A program made the translations under genes and the position numbers. From positions 1 to 47,693 of the IMG/VR virus record IMGVR_UViG_3300013128_000003: a stretch of 47,693 bases of DNA. One strand, written 5' to 3'. Source of the DNA: a virus (lineage: Duplodnaviria; Caudoviricetes). Below, piece after piece: positions 16,283 to 25,364 of the stretch; position 1 is the stretch's first letter; the number at the start of each line of letters is the position of its first letter. Under the pieces are notes generated by a model. It saw only the letters and a program-made list of their open reading frames with translations. It did no database searches and was not told the DNA's origin.

Positions 16283-17320
16283 ATGATAAAATTTAATAAT
16301 TTAGTAATATTCACATCACTTTTAATAGCCGGATGTGCAGCTTATTTTAGCGTATACGGTATAGGTCTACTATTTTCCGGGGCTACAATCGCTGCTATGG
16401 TAATGGCATCTTCATTAGAATTGGGAAAATTGGTAACTACATCTTGGTTATTCAAATATTGGAGTAAAGCTCATTTGTTGATGAAGACTTATATGATAGT
16501 AGCTATATTTGCTCTTATGGCTATAACTTCATTGGGTGTATTTGGATTTTTAACAGCGGCTTTTCAAAAATCATCATTAGAAACTGAATTATCCGTTAGC
16601 AAAATATCCACGTTAGAAACACAGAAGAATGAAGAAAAGATCAAAATGGAATCCATAAAAAAGTCTATTGATAGAATTTATTCATTAAGAAGTTCACAAG
16701 AAGGTAGATTAACCGAAGTGTTAACCAATACGTTAATAGCTAGAAATCCAATTCAATTGCAGAACATACAAAATCAAATCAATGATCAGATTACAGATCT
16801 AAACAAACAATTAGATTCTGAAAATGAAAAGTTTAAAGTTTACGGCGATAAAGTTACAAAGATCGATGAAGAAATTTTCAAATTGAAAGTAGATAATAGT
16901 CAAAAGAAAGATATTACCACGTTTAAGTTTGTAGCAGATCAATTCAATACTACAATTCAGAATGTAGTGAAGTGGTTTATAGCTGTGTTAATTGCCGTGT
17001 TTGACCCTTTGGCAGTTATATTGTTATTAGCTTATAATATAAGCACAAACAAAACTTATACCGATGACGAAAAAAATTACGAATTATACAAAAAACAAGA
17101 AAATAAAAAAGAAGAATCTGTGGAAAATAAAGTTGAATCTACAGTTATAGAAAAAATAGTGGAGAAGCCAGTTGAGGTTGAAAAAATTGTAGAAAAAATA
17201 GTGGAGAAGCCAGTTGAGGTTGAAAAAATTGTAGAAAAAATAGTGGAGAAGCCAGTTGAGGTTGAAAAAATTGTAGAGAGAAAAACAAAAGGTGGTGTAA
17301 GAGGAATGTTTAGCTTTTAA
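16283..17320 (+). CDS. membrane protein with long coiled coil and EKIVEKPVEV repeats
   Basis: About three N-terminal hydrophobic helices, coiled coil, further TM segment (FIAVLIAVFDPLAVILLLA), repeat tail. Confidence 0.85.
   Translation: MIKFNNLVIFTSLLIAGCAAYFSVYGIGLLFSGATIAAMVMASSLELGKLVTTSWLFKYWSKAHLLMKTYMIVAIFALMAITSLGVFGFLTAAFQKSSLETELSVSKISTLETQKNEEKIKMESIKKSIDRIYSLRSSQEGRLTEVLTNTLIARNPIQLQNIQNQINDQITDLNKQLDSENEKFKVYGDKVTKIDEEIFKLKVDNSQKKDITTFKFVADQFNTTIQNVVKWFIAVLIAVFDPLAVILLLAYNISTNKTYTDDEKNYELYKKQENKKEESVENKVESTVIEKIVEKPVEVEKIVEKIVEKPVEVEKIVEKIVEKPVEVEKIVERKTKGGVRGMFSF
17149..17274. repeat. 42-bp perfect tandem repeat x3 (EKIVEKPVEVEKIV)
   Basis: AGAAAAAATAGTGGAGAAGCCAGTTGAGGTTGAAAAAATTGT x3. 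Confidence 0.95.
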
Positions 17321-17378
17321 CAAATAAAATAATTTTTAAATGATTTTTCACTGATCCACTATATATGTAATTATACTT

Positions 17379-17522
17379 ATGGATGAATCAGAGTTAAAAG
17401 AATTGTACAAATTGATAAAAAGATCGTATGACGAATCTTGTTGGAAAACTTTAAACGATGCTTTAGATTACATTTCAGAGTTTGTAGAAGTAGACGAAGA
17501 GTCAAATTTAGAAAATGATTAA
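17379..17522 (+). CDS. 47-aa acidic protein (absent from the ORF track)
   Basis: MDESELKELYKLIKRSYDESCWKTLNDALDYISEFVEVDEESNLEND*; TAATTATA 3 nt upstream; overlaps next ATG. Confidence 0.7.
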   Translation: MDESELKELYKLIKRSYDESCWKTLNDALDYISEFVEVDEESNLEND

Positions 17523-17796
17523 TATATTACTATCGTTGGGTCTGTTTATTTCTGTTTTGTGTAATTTGTTTTTATTGATCGCACTCAAAAGATCATTTAG
17601 TCAAATTGATATGCTTGAGGATTGGATTATAAATATTAAAAAAGAAATAAATAGTACATATAATAAATTGAAAGAAACTGACAATCGTGGTATCTTTGAA
17701 AAAGATGACGATGTTGGTTTTCTTTTCGCAGACTTAAAAAAAATAATTGAATCTTTGAATCAAAAAGTTAGTGAAGAAGAAAACGACTCTGTTTAA
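17515..17796 (+). CDS. small membrane-anchored coiled-coil protein
   Basis: N-terminal hydrophobic helix, then D.RGIFEKDDDVGF. Confidence 0.8.
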   Translation: MINILLSLGLFISVLCNLFLLIALKRSFSQIDMLEDWIINIKKEINSTYNKLKETDNRGIFEKDDDVGFLFADLKKIIESLNQKVSEEENDSV

Positions 17797-17810
17797 CATT
17801 ATTATTTTGA

Positions 17811-18803
17811 ATGAAACAGTTTAAAAAAACAAAAGTCATTGGTAAAAAACCAAATAAAATATTAATTAAAAAGAATCATAAAGTTACTTCTATGGTAAAA
17901 ACTATCAAGAAAAAGACAAAAAAAATAAATAAAATTTTTATCCCAAAGTCGTCGAAAAAACCTAATAAAAATAAGTTAAAAATAACTTATGAGCCAAAAA
18001 AATTATCGGATATAAATGTTCCTAGAAATATCACAGATAAAGATATAATAGTAATAAATGAAGTAAATCCAATCAATAAAGAGGTAGAAGAACTTACAGA
18101 AGTAAGAAAAAAAAGAAGAGGTAGAAACAAAAAAGAAAAAATATACTTTTCTAGAAAAACCGAAGAAGCTATTATTGAATATAATTCAGAAGAAGATTTA
18201 ACAAAAAGAAATGAAATATATGAAACGCGTATAAAATATAGTTTTGATAAATTAGTAGAAAATATATTCAACACTTTTAAATTTACTTATTTTGATAACA
18301 GTCCACTAGAAATTCAAAAAGAAACAGTAACACATTTAGTATCAAATATTCATAAGTTTGAATCGGGTAAGGGTAAAGCTTTTAGTTATTTTAGCATAGT
18401 TGCAAAAAATTATTTAATATTCCATAACAATAATAACTACAAAAGATTCAATCAGCACGTAGATATTAGTGAAACTCCAGATGAAGATAGTGTATGTTTA
18501 CAAACTGAAGACGCACATCATAGAGAAATGCAAACCAAGGAGTTTATGAAACTTTTGATAAACTATTGGGAAAAAAATGTAAATAAAATCTTCACAAAAC
18601 AAAAAGATTTAAATATAGCATATGCTGTTATAGAATTGTTTCGTAATAGTGATAGAATTGAAAATTTTAACAAAAAAACACTTTATTTATATATAAGAGA
18701 ATTAAGCAATTGTAAGACTCAACAAATAACTAAAATTGTAAATAAAATGAAAAGTTATCAAAATGTTGTTAGTAAAAACTATATAAATAACGGTAAAGTT
18801 TAA
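17811..18803 (+). CDS. gp55-like late-transcription sigma factor with basic N-terminal extension
   Basis: YFSRKTEEAIIEYN ... HKFESGKGKAFSYFSIVAKNYL resembles sigma region 2 of T4 gp55-type factors. Confidence 0.65.
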   Translation: MKQFKKTKVIGKKPNKILIKKNHKVTSMVKTIKKKTKKINKIFIPKSSKKPNKNKLKITYEPKKLSDINVPRNITDKDIIVINEVNPINKEVEELTEVRKKRRGRNKKEKIYFSRKTEEAIIEYNSEEDLTKRNEIYETRIKYSFDKLVENIFNTFKFTYFDNSPLEIQKETVTHLVSNIHKFESGKGKAFSYFSIVAKNYLIFHNNNNYKRFNQHVDISETPDEDSVCLQTEDAHHREMQTKEFMKLLINYWEKNVNKIFTKQKDLNIAYAVIELFRNSDRIENFNKKTLYLYIRELSNCKTQQITKIVNKMKSYQNVVSKNYINNGKV

Positions 18804-18819
18804 AGTTAAAAAAACAAAT

Positions 18820-18844
18820 AAACCACTCAAATAGAGTGGTTTTT
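18820..18844 (+). terminator. intrinsic terminator
   Basis: AAACCACTC-AAATA-GAGTGGTTT plus Ts. Confidence 0.8.
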
Positions 18845-18845
18845 C

Positions 18846-18853
18846 TATTTATA
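18846..18853 (+). promoter_or_regulatory. putative late promoter TATTTATA
   Basis: 5 nt before ATG 18859, directly after a terminator. Confidence 0.6.
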
Positions 18854-18858
18854 CTTAT

Positions 18859-19200
18859 ATGGATCTGAATTTTGAAATTTATAAAGGAAAAAACTTTTCT
18901 GGACTTTGCAAAGATATTGTAAAAAACTCAGAAAGTAAAAAAGATCAAATAGATATATTGATATCTGAATTGAGAAGTTTGATTAAAACAGTAAATGACG
19001 CAACCATCATTGTTCCTATGATCAAAGATTATTACGATGTTGGTGTAAAAAACGATGAACAGTTAGTAAAATTAGCTGCTGTAATTCAACGCTTGTTAGC
19101 AAAAGGTGAAGCGAGTGGTGAAGGCTCGGCAATGGTGTTAAGTGAAGATGAAAGAAAACAATTGATGGATGAGGTTATAACTATCAGTAAAGGTGAATAA
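18859..19200 (+). CDS. hypothetical helical protein
   Basis: 113-aa ORF heading the baseplate operon. Confidence 0.85.
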   Translation: MDLNFEIYKGKNFSGLCKDIVKNSESKKDQIDILISELRSLIKTVNDATIIVPMIKDYYDVGVKNDEQLVKLAAVIQRLLAKGEASGEGSAMVLSEDERKQLMDEVITISKGE

Positions 19201-19202
19201 GT

Positions 19203-20879
19203 ATGGTTAATACAGACATTTCTAAAGCCAATAAATCCCCACAGTTACAAGATCAACAAATTAAAGATTTGGTTGATATTCGTTCACCTTTGCAACTCGC
19301 CGTTGTAGTCGATGTTATATTTAACGAAAACCACGTTAAATTACAAGATGCGTATAAACAAAAAATAAATCCTCAAACAGTACCGCTCAATTATAAAAAC
19401 GAACCAGCAAATGAGGAAGACGTTGATTTTTCGTATATAGGTCGAGCTAAGGTGAGAATATTGTCTCAAGAAAAAAAGTCATCTGTAGAAAAATTACCGT
19501 GGGCAATACCTTTAGATCAAACTATCACACAATATCCATTAGTAAATGAATTGGTATTGGTACAAAAAGTCGGTAGCAATTACTACTATAGTAAACCAGT
19601 TAATAAATTTAACTTTCCTACCAATATAGATTATACAGTAGAAACGGTCTATAGTGAAAACGGAAAACCCGCCGTACCATTTTATTTTGACAGCAATAGA
19701 GCTACATATACATCCGCGCCTATATATTCAAAATACAACAATATTGGATATGTAGGTGAGTATTTTATATCTAATCCTTTTATACGTTTAATTAAAAAGA
19801 ATGAAGGAGATACCACAATTGAAAGTAGATTTGGTCAATCAATTAGATTTAGTGCGTATGATAATAATCGACTAAATGACAAAGGATCATATCCATCTTA
19901 TGATTTGAATAAAAATTTACTCAAAGAATCGTCCGATGGGGGGTACGGCAATCCAAAAATAACCATAAGAAATCGTCAAAGAAATATAGCACTTGATGTG
20001 CCACAACAACTTCATCCAAAGTTACCACCTATTCCAAAAATAACACCAATAGAAAAAAACTTTGGCGGTCAAGTAGAAGAAGATATAAATAATGACGGTA
20101 GTACTATTCAAATAACAAGCGGAAAAACATTTAGTGAATGGAAAACAACCGTTTACAAAAGTATTTTTGGTAAAACAGTAGATGGAAATCCCACAGAAGA
20201 ACAAACGAAATTTAATCCTAAAAATTCCAGTTATTTTGTATTTCCAAGTTTAAACGGAGACCAAATTGTACTGAATACAGATAGATTAGTACTTAGTAGT
20301 AGATTCGCAGAAACATTTCATTTTAGTAAAAAACGTTATGCTGTGGCTACTGACAGTGAATATACAGTTGATGCTAATGATAATGTTGTAATAACCACGA
20401 ATAACGTTGCTTGTGTAAATGCACCTCAAATCTTTTTGGGTCAATACGGTGAAACAAACGAACCAGCTTTGTTGGGTCAAACTACAGTAGACTGGATGTA
20501 TGATTTGTGTAATTGGTTGTTAGACCACGTACATTGGTATCATCACGTACACCCACATCCACATACTCATCCAAGATCAGGAAATGCAACTCCGGAAAAT
20601 ACAAAGGATGCTAATCCGGATCAAACGCAAATACCAGTACAACAAATCAAGCTTAAACTACTAAGAGATAATCTGCACAAGACATTGAGTAGAAGAGTAT
20701 TCGTTACTGGAGGTGGTTATGCGCCTGGTAGTAATGGAGTTAAACCAACAGGTAGTGGCGGTGAATGTAGAGATCCAGTTGAAATTAACACGGTTACAGG
20801 AGCAGGTGTTGTCGGCGATTTCAAAGGTAGAAATCGTCGTGAAGGTCCTGTACAAATTGAATTTGAACTTGAGGATTAA
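19203..20879 (+). CDS. baseplate central spike (gp5/gpV/VgrG-like)
   Basis: OB-fold-like GRAKVRI...LPWAIPL...YPLVNELVLV; ESRFGQSIRF; beta-strand repeats; HxH cluster near C-terminus; upstream of gp25. Confidence 0.75.
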   Translation: MVNTDISKANKSPQLQDQQIKDLVDIRSPLQLAVVVDVIFNENHVKLQDAYKQKINPQTVPLNYKNEPANEEDVDFSYIGRAKVRILSQEKKSSVEKLPWAIPLDQTITQYPLVNELVLVQKVGSNYYYSKPVNKFNFPTNIDYTVETVYSENGKPAVPFYFDSNRATYTSAPIYSKYNNIGYVGEYFISNPFIRLIKKNEGDTTIESRFGQSIRFSAYDNNRLNDKGSYPSYDLNKNLLKESSDGGYGNPKITIRNRQRNIALDVPQQLHPKLPPIPKITPIEKNFGGQVEEDINNDGSTIQITSGKTFSEWKTTVYKSIFGKTVDGNPTEEQTKFNPKNSSYFVFPSLNGDQIVLNTDRLVLSSRFAETFHFSKKRYAVATDSEYTVDANDNVVITTNNVACVNAPQIFLGQYGETNEPALLGQTTVDWMYDLCNWLLDHVHWYHHVHPHPHTHPRSGNATPENTKDANPDQTQIPVQQIKLKLLRDNLHKTLSRRVFVTGGGYAPGSNGVKPTGSGGECRDPVEINTVTGAGVVGDFKGRNRREGPVQIEFELED

Positions 20880-20884
20880 TATCT

Positions 20885-22486
20885 ATGGCAAAAAATAATG
20901 AAATATTTGATACACCAATAGTAGATCTTTTAGGTAATTTACAATCAAGTAAAAAACCTCTTAAGATTATTAATGATGCAAATAAAGAATTGAATATTGA
21001 CCAATACTTCAATGGAAAAACATTTGCTGGTTCTGTAGATAGTATTAAAGAATCAGTTAAAAAGTCTAATTTACCCGACTCAATTAAAAATAAAGTTGAA
21101 AACTTAAGCAGTGATTTTTGGACGGATTTAAATCTAGCATTTGAAAGAGACGAAAATGCTACGAGTAATATAATAATAAATTTACCAAATAAAAAATATC
21201 ATATTATATATGAAATTACATATAGACCGTGGTACATTTCACAATATAAACCTACTGTTGCCGATGATTTTTTGAAAAACGGATTTAACCCTCCCAGTAA
21301 AAGAAAAACTTATCAATTTTTTGGAGATTGGGTTGAAGCAGTTTATAACGCCGACGTATTTCTTCTAAGAGGAAAATTTAAAGATTATTTAAAATTTCAA
21401 AATTTAGCATATTATGGATCACTTCAGACATTTGATATTCTTAAATCCGCGGCAAACAAAGGTGACAAAGAATTAAGACGAGATTTTGGTGCAGTTTTTA
21501 ATTTACCAAATGATCCTGATCCAGCTTTACCTGGCCCACCTACGCAAACTATATCTGGAGTAACAAATAAAGCTCCTGTTGTAGATAATCCTAATATAAA
21601 ACTTCCATCTCAAGAAGTTAAGGGGTTAGACGCAAATGCAGCACAACAAGCAGCAACACAAGCGCAAGGCGCAGCATCTAATGTGGTGTCTCAAGCACAA
21701 AGTGCAACTGGCGGATTGGCATCTCAAGTTCAAGGTGCGGCTGGTCAGGCACAAGGTGCATTAAATAATGCTCAACAATCGGCGGGGGGAGTATTAAATA
21801 ACCTATCATCCGGAGTTAAAGGTGCATTAGGAGGTGGTGCTTTAGGTGCAGGTATAGGAGCATTAGCCGGTGGTGGAAAAGGAGCTTTAATTGGAGCTGG
21901 AGCCGGAGTTTTGGCTGGGGGTATAGCGGGTAGTTTAGTTGATAAACTCAATCCAAAGGGTATTAAACCAGATGGATTGGGTAAAGATTGGTCACCTGAT
22001 AAATTTAGTCCTGAAACTATTGCCGGAAACGATAAATTCGTAGATCCAAAGACTGGAGTTATAGGATCAACCTCAAAATTAGCAGCTGGATTAAAAGGTG
22101 GAGTATTAGGAGGCGCACTTGGAGCTGGTGTAGGTGCATTAGCGGGTGGTGGAAAAGGAGCTTTAATTGGAGGATTGAGTGGTACTGCACTTGGAGCTGG
22201 TTTATCTGTTGGTGGAGTAACCGGCGGCGTTTTGGCTGGTGGTGGATTGGGGGCTGGTATTGGTGGATTGGTTGGTGGTGGAAAAGGAGCGGCAATTGGT
22301 GCTGTTTCTGGGGGTGTAGTTGGTGCGGCTGCAGCAAAATTAGCAAGTGTTAAGAAAAATATGCCTAAACCTAATATTCCTAAACCACCCAGTACACCTC
22401 GTATAAAAATTGTAAAATTACCAAAACCACCTGATATAAAAGTAAATACGGATTTATTAAATTTACCTAAATCTAGTTTTAGTTAA
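20885..22486 (+). CDS. glycine-zipper protein
   Basis: A/Q-rich linker, three GGxLGAG(I/V)GxLxGGGKGAxIG modules, P/K-rich tail. Confidence 0.8.
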   Translation: MAKNNEIFDTPIVDLLGNLQSSKKPLKIINDANKELNIDQYFNGKTFAGSVDSIKESVKKSNLPDSIKNKVENLSSDFWTDLNLAFERDENATSNIIINLPNKKYHIIYEITYRPWYISQYKPTVADDFLKNGFNPPSKRKTYQFFGDWVEAVYNADVFLLRGKFKDYLKFQNLAYYGSLQTFDILKSAANKGDKELRRDFGAVFNLPNDPDPALPGPPTQTISGVTNKAPVVDNPNIKLPSQEVKGLDANAAQQAATQAQGAASNVVSQAQSATGGLASQVQGAAGQAQGALNNAQQSAGGVLNNLSSGVKGALGGGALGAGIGALAGGGKGALIGAGAGVLAGGIAGSLVDKLNPKGIKPDGLGKDWSPDKFSPETIAGNDKFVDPKTGVIGSTSKLAAGLKGGVLGGALGAGVGALAGGGKGALIGGLSGTALGAGLSVGGVTGGVLAGGGLGAGIGGLVGGGKGAAIGAVSGGVVGAAAAKLASVKKNMPKPNIPKPPSTPRIKIVKLPKPPDIKVNTDLLNLPKSSFS

Positions 22487-22503
22487 TAATTATATATAAT
22501 AGT

Positions 22504-22974
22504 ATGAAAATAGAAGTATTAAAAGAATTCATTAAGAAAACTGTACAACAAGAAGTTCGTAGCATAGTTCAATCCGAAATTAAACTTCAATTGGCCGAAG
22601 TATTTTCAAAAGAAGTATCACAACCAAAGAAAAAGTTGTCGGATTCTAGTTTGGAACAAGAAATAATGAAAGAGTTAGAATCTTTAAACGAGTCTTCCAC
22701 TGAAGTAGAACAACCAAAACCAGTGAAGAAATATGTTAAATATACAAACAATCCGATGTTAAATGATATATTGAATCAAACCACAGGTGGAGTACCTCAA
22801 GAGGGTGGTATGGTTAGCACGTTGGGTGGATATGGAGGTAGTACACCAGAAGTTATCAACGAAACAAAAGTACCTACTAACGCCACAGAACCAGTTAAAA
22901 GTGTATATAGTGCTTTAAATAGAGATTATAGATCATTAATGAAAGCTGTAGACAAAAAGAGAGTTAAGGCTTAA
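22504..22974 (+). CDS. hypothetical protein
   Basis: 156-aa ORF; TAATTATA motif upstream. Confidence 0.85.
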   Translation: MKIEVLKEFIKKTVQQEVRSIVQSEIKLQLAEVFSKEVSQPKKKLSDSSLEQEIMKELESLNESSTEVEQPKPVKKYVKYTNNPMLNDILNQTTGGVPQEGGMVSTLGGYGGSTPEVINETKVPTNATEPVKSVYSALNRDYRSLMKAVDKKRVKA

Positions 22975-22976
22975 TT

Positions 22977-23378
22977 ATGGCTAAAAAAGCGTTAGGACTT
23001 AAAATACCATTTAGATTGGGTCAGGATGGTTATTTTGAAACAAATGTTGAAACTATTTCTCAAGTTTCAAGCAATATTAAAAACCTTTTGTTAACCAGAC
23101 CAGGTGAAAGACGATTTAATAATGCTTTTGGTTCATCGCTATATGGTGTTTTGTTTGAACAAAACGAATTAGAACAAATGTTGCCTATGTTAGTAAATTT
23201 AATACAGAATGATGTAGATAGATTTATGAACGGCGTTATTGTTGAAGATGTTAAAGTTAAATTATTGGAAAATGATATTATAAATAATGACTATAACAAA
23301 ATATTTATAAAAGTAGCATTTAGTTACAAAGCGCTAAAATCTACGACTGAAGTAATTATCACAAATACAAATATATAA
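22977..23378 (+). CDS. gp25: baseplate wedge subunit, gp25-like
   Basis: NIKNLLLTRPGERRFNNAFGSSL is the gp25/GPW signature. Confidence 0.92.
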   Translation: MAKKALGLKIPFRLGQDGYFETNVETISQVSSNIKNLLLTRPGERRFNNAFGSSLYGVLFEQNELEQMLPMLVNLIQNDVDRFMNGVIVEDVKVKLLENDIINNDYNKIFIKVAFSYKALKSTTEVIITNTNI

Positions 23379-25363
23379 TGCAACAATTAATAAATAAAAC
23401 ATTTAGAGCTAATACAAAAGACGTTTTGTATTTGAATCGTGATTTTACTTCTTTAAAACAACAGTTAATAGATTTTACAAAACAGTATTATCCACAGAGT
23501 TTTAAAGATTTCAGCGAAAGTTCACCTGGTCAGATTTTTATTGAACAAGCTTCTTTTGTAGGCGATGTATTATCTTATTATACAGACTATCAATTCAAAG
23601 AAAGCTTCATACAATTTGCAGGTGAACGAAAAAACATCATAAATCAGGCTCTTTTTTTGGGATATAAGCCAAAAGTTTCTTCTGTATCATCTACTCAAGT
23701 TGAACTTTTCCAATTGCTGCCCGCTACAAGAACATCTGGTGTAAATGGAGAATATATACCAGATGAGAAGTACTGTTTGATATTAAAACCATATACTCAA
23801 TTATCTAGTGTATCAGGTATATCATTTATTGTAGAAGAAAGTGTAGATTTTAGTCAAGATACTTTGTTTTCGCCTAGAGAAATAAGCGTTTATAACCGTG
23901 ATGGTACAGGAGCTCCTTTGTTTTATTTAGTTAAAAAAACGGCTCAATGTTATTCGGGTAGAATAATAACAAAAACATTTACAGTTGGAGATCCTCAACC
24001 GTTTTATAAATTAAAATTGGACGAAACTAACGTTGTTAAGATCATAAGTATTGTAGATTCAAATGGCATTAATTACTATGAGACACAATATCTTGCACAA
24101 GACACAATACCTATATTGGTTGATAACGTCCCACTAAATAACCAAACATTATCCCCATATAGAAGTGAGACTCCTAAAATATTGAAGTATTTAAGAACAG
24201 AACGTAGATTTATAACAACTGTAGATCAAAATAATTTTACATATATACAATTTGGAGCTAATACTGAAAACTACGAAAACACTGTAATTATTCCTAATCC
24301 AACTAATGTAGGAGTTGCTTTATCAAATTTAAAAAACTTAAATATATCTTTAGATGGAACCAATGTATTAAAAGCAAATTCTTATGGAGTGTCTCCATCA
24401 AACACAACATTAACAATAAACTATGTAGTGGGTGGTGGTTTGGAGTCAAACGTAAATTCGGATGAAATTAATAAAATATCAATCACGGATTATCTTAATG
24501 ATGTAACCAGTTTAACTGATAGCGAAGTTATTTTATTAAATAACATAAAAAATTCATTAAGAGTAAACAATCCACTTTCAGCAACTGGAGGTAATGAAGC
24601 TGACACGAACGAAGAAATAAGACAAAATGCTATATTGAATTTTTCCTCTCAAAATAGAATGGTTACATCGGAGGATGTTTTGTTGCGTGTATATTCTTTG
24701 CCAACTTATTTGGGTAACATATCTAAAGCATATGTCGAAAGCAATTCAAGCCGACGTATACAATATAATCAGTTAATCAGAGGGGTTGTGGATGCAAATG
24801 GAAATGAAATTTTAGATTTAAATCCTCTTAACCCACTTGATAGAAGAAAGTTTTTGGAAGCTAGTAATCCATTTACAAACAATCTTTATATATTAGGATA
24901 TGATGTTAATAAAAAATTAACAAAGTTAAATCCAGCTACTCTAAATAATTTAATAGCTTACTTAAACAATTTCAAAATTTTAACAGATAAAATAAATATA
25001 ATAGATGGTTATGTTATTAATTTAGGATTGAACTTCAAAATTACGGTGTTTAATGGTTTCAACAAAAGAGATGTACTAAATAATTGTATACAATCGGTTA
25101 AGAATTATTTAAACATTGATAATATGAGTTTCAATCAACCAATCAATTTGAGTCAATTAACATTTGAAATGATGAAAAACGAAGGAGTTCAATCGGTTAT
25201 AGAATTGAAAATAAAAAATTTAACAATTGATGATGGAGATTATTCACCTGTAGCATATAACGTTGATATTGCTACTCAAAACAATATTCTTTATCCATCT
25301 AAAGACCCATCTGTGTTTGAAATTAGATATCCAGATAACGATATAAAAGGATTGGTAGTATAA
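23378..25363 (+). CDS. gp6: baseplate wedge subunit, gp6-like
   Basis: RDFTSLKQQL, GDVLSYY.D, LGYKP, Y.VGGG..SN, ATGG...D..EEIR, QNRMVT.ED. Confidence 0.92.
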   Translation: MQQLINKTFRANTKDVLYLNRDFTSLKQQLIDFTKQYYPQSFKDFSESSPGQIFIEQASFVGDVLSYYTDYQFKESFIQFAGERKNIINQALFLGYKPKVSSVSSTQVELFQLLPATRTSGVNGEYIPDEKYCLILKPYTQLSSVSGISFIVEESVDFSQDTLFSPREISVYNRDGTGAPLFYLVKKTAQCYSGRIITKTFTVGDPQPFYKLKLDETNVVKIISIVDSNGINYYETQYLAQDTIPILVDNVPLNNQTLSPYRSETPKILKYLRTERRFITTVDQNNFTYIQFGANTENYENTVIIPNPTNVGVALSNLKNLNISLDGTNVLKANSYGVSPSNTTLTINYVVGGGLESNVNSDEINKISITDYLNDVTSLTDSEVILLNNIKNSLRVNNPLSATGGNEADTNEEIRQNAILNFSSQNRMVTSEDVLLRVYSLPTYLGNISKAYVESNSSRRIQYNQLIRGVVDANGNEILDLNPLNPLDRRKFLEASNPFTNNLYILGYDVNKKLTKLNPATLNNLIAYLNNFKILTDKINIIDGYVINLGLNFKITVFNGFNKRDVLNNCIQSVKNYLNIDNMSFNQPINLSQLTFEMMKNEGVQSVIELKIKNLTIDDGDYSPVAYNVDIATQNNILYPSKDPSVFEIRYPDNDIKGLVV

Positions 25364-25364
25364 T

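Noticed and set aside
2860-17274. Tandem repeats as CRISPR arrays
   Set aside because: Units are contiguous with no spacers, are multiples of 3 and lie within coding frames.
22059-22346. His/Gln/Leu-rich minus-strand ORF
   Set aside because: Antisense shadow of Gly/Ala codons in the glycine-zipper gene.
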